Below the pieces are notes generated by a model. It was given only the letters and a program-made list of their open reading frames with translations, ran no database searches and had not been told where the DNA came from. Both the position numbers and the translations under genes were made by a program. Below are positions 27,106-32,942 of a stretch of 32,942 bases of DNA, piece after piece. The first letter of the stretch is position 1. Each line of letters starts with the position of its first letter. Source of the DNA: an uncultured delta proteobacterium (GTDB lineage Bacteria > Desulfobacterota > Syntrophobacteria > BM002). Location: NCBI GenBank assembly GCA_963712115.1, contig CAVQGX010000051.1, positions 1 through 32,942 of the forward strand, given 5' to 3'.

Positions 27106-27280
27106 AAATCCGAATATCGAATATCGAAATCCTAAACAAATTCAAAATTCGAATTTTCCAATGTTCAAAACAATGACTGGACGTCAGTTAATGAGTTACT
27201 CCAGTTTTGCTAATTTTTTGGTCATTGGAATTTTGAGCATTCGAATTTGTTTAGTGCTTCGTGCTTAGGATTTAGGATTT
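27106..27280. repeat. 175-bp imperfect palindrome built from heptamer arrays
   Basis: AAATCCGAATATCGAATATCGAAATCCTAAACAAATTC...CCAATG mirrored by CATTGG...GAATTTGTTTAGTGCTTCGTGCTTAGGATTTAGGATTT. Confidence 0.88.
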
Positions 27281-27342
27281 AATACCTTGAAAAAAGGCTT
27301 GAGACTAGATTGTGACAGTTAAAGGGATTGACTCTTAGTGCC

Positions 27343-29037
27343 ATGAAAGTACTCGTTTTACTTGCACCACGATGGTGGAGTTTCAGAAACAGCCTGGTCT
27401 TTGGCGGCCGCCGATCTTTGGTTAAAAGCGGCTCCTTGCTGGCCATGGCCTTTGGATTTTGGGCAGGGATCTATGTCATCTTTCACCGGGTGCTTCGCTA
27501 CTTCCAGGCAGTAGAAGAATTCGGTGATCTGTTGGCATACAAGCTCCTCACCATGGTGTTTCTCACCTTTTTTGGCTTGTTGGTCTTCAGCAATGTGCTG
27601 GTGGCTCTAAACACTTTCTTCCTGTCACAAGATCTGGAAACAATTCACGCCACGCCGGTTTCCATAGGAGAGATATTTGCAGCTCGTTTTCTGGAGACCT
27701 TGCTCGAGAGTTCATGGATGGTTTTACTTTTCGGTATTCCGGTGTTCACCGCCTACGGCCTGGTGTATAGGGCATCCCTTGCTTATTATTTCGGTCTTGT
27801 AAGCGTAATTGTTCCCTACCTCATTCTGGCCGCCGCCCTGGGGATAATCCTCACCATGATTTTGGTGCAGATCTTTCCGTCCCAGCGCACCCGGGACATA
27901 CTCCTTCTGCTTTCAATCTTGGTTGTTATACTTCTCTTATTCTTGTTCAGGTTCACCCGGCCAGAACGGTTGGTGAATCCCGATTCTTTCTCCAGTGTAG
28001 TCACCTACTTTCGGGCGCTCAGCGCTCCCACCTCACCTTACTTGCCCAGCAGTTGGGCCAGTGAGGCGATCTGGCCTCTTCTGCAAACATCGAGTGTCTC
28101 AAGCGGCTTTTATCAAGGATTTCTCTGGACGACTGCTATGGCGAGCGTGGTGATCAGTACGGTTGTCGCCCTGATGATTTACCCGGAGGGTTGGTCCAGG
28201 TCCCGTGAAACGAGGCGGCTGTTGCCCGGTGGAATCATTGCATTAGTTCCCAAGAACCTGAGACCCAGAAATAGCCGTAGATCCCAGACTGTGGCTCTCA
28301 TGGGCAAAGACCTCAAGTTCTTTTTTCGAGATAACACCCAGTGGTCACAGTTGCTCTTGATTTTTGCCCTTATTGTCCTTTATCTCTACAACTACAGTGT
28401 CTTACCCTTGGACAGGCCTCGTATGCCCACCTTTTATCTGCAAAACCTTGTCGCCTTTCTGAATGTGGGCCTGGCCGGCTTTGTCCTCGCATCAATTGGG
28501 GTGCGTTTTGTCTTTACGGCTGTGAGCGCAGAAGGCTCGTCCTTCTGGATTATGCAGAGCGCACCGCTAAGCATTAAGCGGTTACTTTGGAGCAAATTCC
28601 TCTTCTACCTGTCACCTCTACTTCTTCTCGGTCTGATCCTAACCATCGCCACCAACCAGCTACTTCAGGTGACTCCTTTGATGCGGTGGTTGGCACCCAT
28701 GACCATTTTTTCCATGGTCTTCGGCATCACCGCCCTCGGGGTGGGCATGGGGGCCGCCTTTGCAAATTTCAAGGCCGAGAACCTCACCCAAGTCGCCACA
28801 GGTTTTGGCGGGCTACTCTACATGATACTGGCCATGGGATTTATAACTCTAGTGGTTGTATTGGAGGCAGGGCCTGTCTACACCCTGTTCATGGCCCAGG
28901 TTCGTCAACACTCCCTCAGCTTGCTGCAATGGTTTTACGTGGGCGGTTCCGTCCTGCTGACAGTGCTGCTGAATGTTGCGGCTATCTGGCTGCCAATGCG
29001 CTATGGTATCCGCAAGCTTGCAGCCTACGAAGCGTAA
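27343..29037 (+). CDS. Putative ABC exporter permease (large polytopic membrane protein)
   Basis: More than 10 hydrophobic segments, KDLKFFFRD and SAEGSSFWIMQSAP motifs, follows the ATPase. Alternative TTG start at 27328. Confidence 0.88.
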   Translation: MKVLVLLAPRWWSFRNSLVFGGRRSLVKSGSLLAMAFGFWAGIYVIFHRVLRYFQAVEEFGDLLAYKLLTMVFLTFFGLLVFSNVLVALNTFFLSQDLETIHATPVSIGEIFAARFLETLLESSWMVLLFGIPVFTAYGLVYRASLAYYFGLVSVIVPYLILAAALGIILTMILVQIFPSQRTRDILLLLSILVVILLLFLFRFTRPERLVNPDSFSSVVTYFRALSAPTSPYLPSSWASEAIWPLLQTSSVSSGFYQGFLWTTAMASVVISTVVALMIYPEGWSRSRETRRLLPGGIIALVPKNLRPRNSRRSQTVALMGKDLKFFFRDNTQWSQLLLIFALIVLYLYNYSVLPLDRPRMPTFYLQNLVAFLNVGLAGFVLASIGVRFVFTAVSAEGSSFWIMQSAPLSIKRLLWSKFLFYLSPLLLLGLILTIATNQLLQVTPLMRWLAPMTIFSMVFGITALGVGMGAAFANFKAENLTQVATGFGGLLYMILAMGFITLVVVLEAGPVYTLFMAQVRQHSLSLLQWFYVGGSVLLTVLLNVAAIWLPMRYGIRKLAAYEA

Positions 29038-29046
29038 GGGTCAGAT

Positions 29047-29276
29047 AGCATAGAGCAAGGAGAAATACAGCTAGCAGCTGACAGCTTGCAGCAGGCAGCC
29101 AATAGGTTAGAGGAGCGCTTCGCTTGAGGTTGGAGGCAAAGACCAGAGGACAGGCGACTGAGGACAGAGGACGGAAGGAACAATTCTAATTTGGGATTTT
29201 GAAATTGTCCTTCGGACTCCCACCCTGCGGGCGGGTTCCCGGTTTCGCAATTCGCAATTCGAAATCATCTCTTTGC
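29047..29276. repeat. Repeat element C, second copy (inverted relative to 18461-18696)
   Basis: Matches the reverse complement of 18461-18696; begins 9 nt after the permease stop. Confidence 0.95.
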
Positions 29277-29350
29277 TGACTGCTGCTATCTAAATTAGGC
29301 CCTCCGGGCCGTAGGTAGGACGGGGATTCTGCACTATGCTCCATGTCCTC

Positions 29351-29633
29351 AGGCCTTTCGGTCCGTCATATGTTGTCATTTCTTCGCGCTCGCTGCGCTC
29401 CGCTCAGGCCCGCAAGCGGGTTCCCAGTTAGGCTTCGCCGTCAATAGGCCTAACGGCCGTCATTAAGTTGTTTCAGCGCCTCAATGACAGTTAACTATGA
29501 ATGACAGCGTGGCGTAATGACCTAATGACCATAAATGACGCCGAAGGCATATTGACAGCGTAGCGTAGTGACGGCCACGCGAGTGGGCAAATGACTCAGT
29601 TATAATAGAATGCTCGCTTTTATACATTGCCTT
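29351..29633. repeat. Repeat element D, second copy (inverted relative to 20544-20827)
   Basis: Matches the reverse complement of 20544-20827. Confidence 0.95.
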
Positions 29634-29788
29634 TTACAACGGACTACGGACATACCGCGCAGGTTTTCCTTGACAGTTTCCAGTCCATTCGTCCATAAAA
29701 TAAGAAACAGCTTCAGGCAATCTTTATTGAGACTACCCGGTAACTGCGAGTGACCGGCAACCCTGACAAGCACAAGGGGGGTATTGCT

Positions 29789-31525
29789 ATGAGAAAATTA
29801 ATCCGTGTTGACATGACCCAGGGAAAAGTTCAGATTGAGGATCTTGCCCAGGAATACTCTCTACTTGGAGGCAGAGGTCTTACCTCAACCATAGTGGCTC
29901 GCGAAGTGCCGCCACTTTGTCATCCACTGGATCCCTATAACAAATTGGTGGTGGCAGCAGGACTTCTGGCCGGCACCACCTGTCCCAACTCCGGACGCCT
30001 TTCCGTTGGCGGTAAGAGTCCCCTTACCGGAGGAATAAAAGAAAGCAATGTGGGGGGCAATGTGTCTATAAAGCTTGGCAAACTGCAAATTGCCGGTGTG
30101 GTACTGGAGGGGCAGGCTCCGGAAGGCAAGCTCTTCTATCTACTGGTTAACAAGGATGGCGCTAAGCTGTTGCCCGCAGATCAATACAAGGGACTGAAGA
30201 ATTATGATCTTGCCGCCAAACTACAGGACAAGTACGGCAAGAAAGTGGGGATCGTTTCAATTGGGCCAGCAGGAGAAATGAAGTTCTCAGCGGCTTCAGT
30301 GGCAGTGACCAGCACCAATGGAACGCCTTCTCGCCATGCTGGGCGAGGCGGTATGGGTGCGGTCATGGGCTCCAAGGGTATGAAGGCCATTGTTGTAGAC
30401 GACAAAGAGGCTCCCGGTGTCACCTATGATGACAAGGAGGCCTTTAAAGAAGCCGCTGCTGTTTTCAGGGATGCCCTGCGGGAACACCCGGTAACCAAGC
30501 CGGGAGGAGGGTTGGCCGTCTACGGAACCAATGTGCTCACCAACATCATTAACGAGGCAGGGGGTTTTCCAACCCGCAATTTCACTGAGGGGCAGTTCGA
30601 AGGAGCACAGAAAATTAGCGGTGAAACCATGCACGATGTCATCAAGGAGCGAGGCGGTAACCCAACTCATTCGGGCTGCTCCACCTGTATCATTCAGTGC
30701 TCCAACGAATACCTTGACAAAGACAAAAACTATGTGACCTCCGCCCTGGAGTACGAAACCATTTGGGCCAATGGAGCCAACTGCGGCATCGACGATCTGG
30801 ATGCAATAGCCCAAATTGACAGATTGTGCGATGACTATGGCCTGGACACCATAGAAACAGGTTGTGCAGTTGCTGTGGCAATGCATGCTGGGGTAAAAGC
30901 TTTTGGCGATGCCGCCGGTGCCATCGAACTCATTCACGAGATCGGTAAAGGCAGCCCTCTGGGGCGAATATTGGGTAACGGCACTGCGGTCACCGGGCAG
31001 GCGTTTGGAGTGTCGCACGTTCCGGTAGTAAAACGCCAGTCCCTTCCAGCTTACGACCCCCGGGCTGTAAAGGGTATTGGAGTTACCTATGCCACCACCA
31101 CCATGGGGGCGGACCATACAGCCGGATACGCCGTGGCCACCAATATTTTGAAGGTGGGTGGATTCGTGGATCCTCTCAAGCCTGAGGGGCAGGCTGATCT
31201 TTCCAGAAATCTCCAGATCGCCACCGCAGGAGTTGACGCCGCAGGGCTCTGCGTATTCGTTGCCTTTGCCGTTTTGGATATTGCCAGTGGCCTGGAGGCC
31301 ATTCCAAAAATGCTGAACGCTCAATATGGTCTGAATATGACCCTGGACGACGTAATGGAATACGGCAAACAAATACTCAAAACGGAATTAGCATTCAACA
31401 AGGCTGCTGGTTTCACCCCCTCTGACGACCGATTGCCTGAATTTTTCAAAAAAGAGCCGCTAACCCCGCATAATGTGGTCTTTGATGTGAAGGATGAGGA
31501 ACTGGACAAGGTGCTCGACTTCTAA
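29789..31525 (+). CDS. aor: Aldehyde:ferredoxin oxidoreductase (tungsten AOR/WOR family)
   Basis: GGRGL, KSPLTGGIKESN, GRGGMGAVMGSK, CSTCIIQC, EYET, DDYGLDTI, YDPR; ATG 29789 follows AAGGGGGG. Confidence 0.94.
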   Translation: MRKLIRVDMTQGKVQIEDLAQEYSLLGGRGLTSTIVAREVPPLCHPLDPYNKLVVAAGLLAGTTCPNSGRLSVGGKSPLTGGIKESNVGGNVSIKLGKLQIAGVVLEGQAPEGKLFYLLVNKDGAKLLPADQYKGLKNYDLAAKLQDKYGKKVGIVSIGPAGEMKFSAASVAVTSTNGTPSRHAGRGGMGAVMGSKGMKAIVVDDKEAPGVTYDDKEAFKEAAAVFRDALREHPVTKPGGGLAVYGTNVLTNIINEAGGFPTRNFTEGQFEGAQKISGETMHDVIKERGGNPTHSGCSTCIIQCSNEYLDKDKNYVTSALEYETIWANGANCGIDDLDAIAQIDRLCDDYGLDTIETGCAVAVAMHAGVKAFGDAAGAIELIHEIGKGSPLGRILGNGTAVTGQAFGVSHVPVVKRQSLPAYDPRAVKGIGVTYATTTMGADHTAGYAVATNILKVGGFVDPLKPEGQADLSRNLQIATAGVDAAGLCVFVAFAVLDIASGLEAIPKMLNAQYGLNMTLDDVMEYGKQILKTELAFNKAAGFTPSDDRLPEFFKKEPLTPHNVVFDVKDEELDKVLDF

Positions 31526-31550
31526 AACGAACCACAATTGACTGGTAAGC

Positions 31551-31571
31551 AGGGGGCCTTTGGCCCCCTTT
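31551..31571 (+). terminator. Probable Rho-independent terminator after aor
   Basis: AGGGGGCC-TTT-GGCCCCCT followed by a short T run. Confidence 0.65.
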
Positions 31572-31585
31572 ACTAATTGAATATC

Positions 31586-31678
31586 GAATACCCGCCCGGT
31601 TCGCCTTGCCCGTCCGCCATCGGCTTCGCCTTCAGGCGATTGCCGGGCGGGCTCGCATGGCGGGCGCGGTGGCGGGCG
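31586..31678. repeat. GC-rich nested palindrome related to the insert at 16381-16425
   Basis: GAATACCCGCCCG...CTCGCATGGCGGGC here, versus GAATACCCGCCCG...CTCGCGATGGCGGGC on the minus strand of 16381-16425. Confidence 0.7.
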
Positions 31679-31696
31679 AGAGGATTATTCTTACAT

Positions 31697-32005
31697 ATGG
31701 ATGCAACGATTCGAATAACCGTTCTTTTAGGTGGAAATTTGAGAAACGAAGCGGGGGAGGGGTGCCAAGAATTTGAATTGGAGCTCACCTCCGGATCGCA
31801 GGTTGAAGACCTGCTACTTCGCCTTGGCCTCCCGTACGACAGGATCAAAATGATCATGGTAAATGGCCGGGGCGCCACCTTGGATACACCAATCGCTGAA
31901 GGTAATCGAGTGGCTCTTTTCCCACCGGAGTTATCTTTCAACACCTTCGTTTCTTTAGGCTTCCGCAAGGAGTCGGTGGAGGGGAGAGGGAAGCAAAGCA
32001 CATAG
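31697..32005 (+). CDS. MoaD/ThiS-like beta-grasp protein lacking the C-terminal Gly-Gly
   Basis: VEDLLLRLGLP, MIMVNGR, GNRVALFPP. Start moved to ATG 31697 because the upstream part of the ORF is repeat DNA. Confidence 0.8.
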   Translation: MDATIRITVLLGGNLRNEAGEGCQEFELELTSGSQVEDLLLRLGLPYDRIKMIMVNGRGATLDTPIAEGNRVALFPPELSFNTFVSLGFRKESVEGRGKQST

Positions 32006-32080
32006 CGCACAGGGTAAAAAAATTGCCATTCTTAGAATCATTTTCTCTCTCGAGGTCACTCGATAACTTCCTGTGATCTC

Positions 32081-32839
32081 TCAACGAGCCAAGAGACCCC
32101 CATCAACAGCCAGGGCGTGCCCGGTAACGAAAGATGCTTCCTCTGAACAAAGCCACACTACCGCTGCAGCCACTTCCTCTGGTGTTCCCATACGACTTAA
32201 GGCCTGCTGTCCCAGGATGTAAGCTTCCACTCGCTGATCCCCCCCAGTGAAACATTCTGCCATCCCCGTTTTGATTATGCTGGGACACACTGCGTTAACT
32301 CGGATGTTGGCCTTAGCGTATTCCAGGGCCGCTGATCTCGTCAGTCCAATTACACCATGTTTGCTGGCCACGTAAGGGGACCACCCTTGCAGCCCCACCA
32401 GTCCTGCCGCAGAAGATGTATTGACTATCGCCCCATACCCTTGTTTGAGCATTTGGAGAATCTCGTACTTCATGCACAACCATACGCCTTTGAGATTTAT
32501 CCCTATGGTTCGATCCCAGTTCTCTTCAGTGCAGTCGGCGACCCGCGCCATGGTTCCGGCGATACCGGCATTGTTACAAGCACAGTCAAGGTGGCCATAG
32601 GTGGCCACGGCCTTATGGATCATGGCTTTCACCTGCTCTCCCTTGCCAACATCAGCCTGCAAAAAGATTGCCTCAGCGCCAACCTCTGTAATCGCATGCG
32701 CCGTCTCCTCACCAGTGGTAACGTCTACATCTGCCACTACCACTCGTGAACCTTCATCAGCAAAGGCCAGTGAAATAGCCCTACCGATACCAGAGCCTGC
32801 ACCTGTAACCAAGGCTACTTTCCCCTCGAAACGTGCCAC
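32081..32839 (-). CDS. Short-chain dehydrogenase/reductase (classical SDR, probably NAD-preferring)
   Basis: TGAGSGIG, VVAD, NNAG, YVASK; GTG 32839 follows AGGAGG. Confidence 0.95.
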   Translation of the reverse strand: MARFEGKVALVTGAGSGIGRAISLAFADEGSRVVVADVDVTTGEETAHAITEVGAEAIFLQADVGKGEQVKAMIHKAVATYGHLDCACNNAGIAGTMARVADCTEENWDRTIGINLKGVWLCMKYEILQMLKQGYGAIVNTSSAAGLVGLQGWSPYVASKHGVIGLTRSAALEYAKANIRVNAVCPSIIKTGMAECFTGGDQRVEAYILGQQALSRMGTPEEVAAAVVWLCSEEASFVTGHALAVDGGLLAR

Positions 32840-32942
32840 ACCACCCTCCTGCACAAAATATCTGTAATTCTAGTTGGTCTTTTTCCGGCTCTCGCCAGCA
32901 ACGACCGGAGAATTCCTCCCGAAAGCACTCAGTTAGAATGCC

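Noticed and set aside
18461-29276. Possible DGR template/variable repeat pair
   Set aside because: Both copies are non-coding, substitutions go in both directions rather than adenine-only from one copy, and no reverse transcriptase is in the window
29670-29701. TTGACA promoter candidate upstream of aor (similar cases upstream of recJ and tRNA-Val)
   Set aside because: Good -35 boxes, but the best -10 matches are not at canonical 17-nt spacing, so they were not listed as features
30296-31372. 358-aa ORF antisense to aor
   Set aside because: Lies wholly within a well-supported gene on the opposite strand and has no recognisable motif

Overview
A core-genome window that looks deltaproteobacterial (Desulfobacterota-like; inferred from gene content, not from a search). 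It holds four main blocks. (1) A minus-strand cluster mglB-mglA-[756-aa acidic protein with a CheW-like C-terminus]-[TPR protein with a degenerate Ser/Thr kinase domain]. (2) The tRNA-Val-thrS-infC-rpmI-rplT-pheS-pheT-merR translation cluster, with no ihfA. (3) recJ and two neighbours, divergent from a DUF4911-cNMP-miaB-DUF151-PHP-transglutaminase-ABC exporter run. (4) An aldehyde:ferredoxin oxidoreductase, a MoaD/ThiS-like gene and an SDR. Two signals stand out. The first is the MglA/MglB module with a candidate scaffold and pseudokinase effector. The second is an intergenic repeat system of nested inverted 7/8-mer arrays carrying small hairpin inserts, including two 220-280 bp elements that each occur twice in inverted orientation. 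No transposase, integrase or CRISPR array was recognised. All family calls come from motif recognition by eye.
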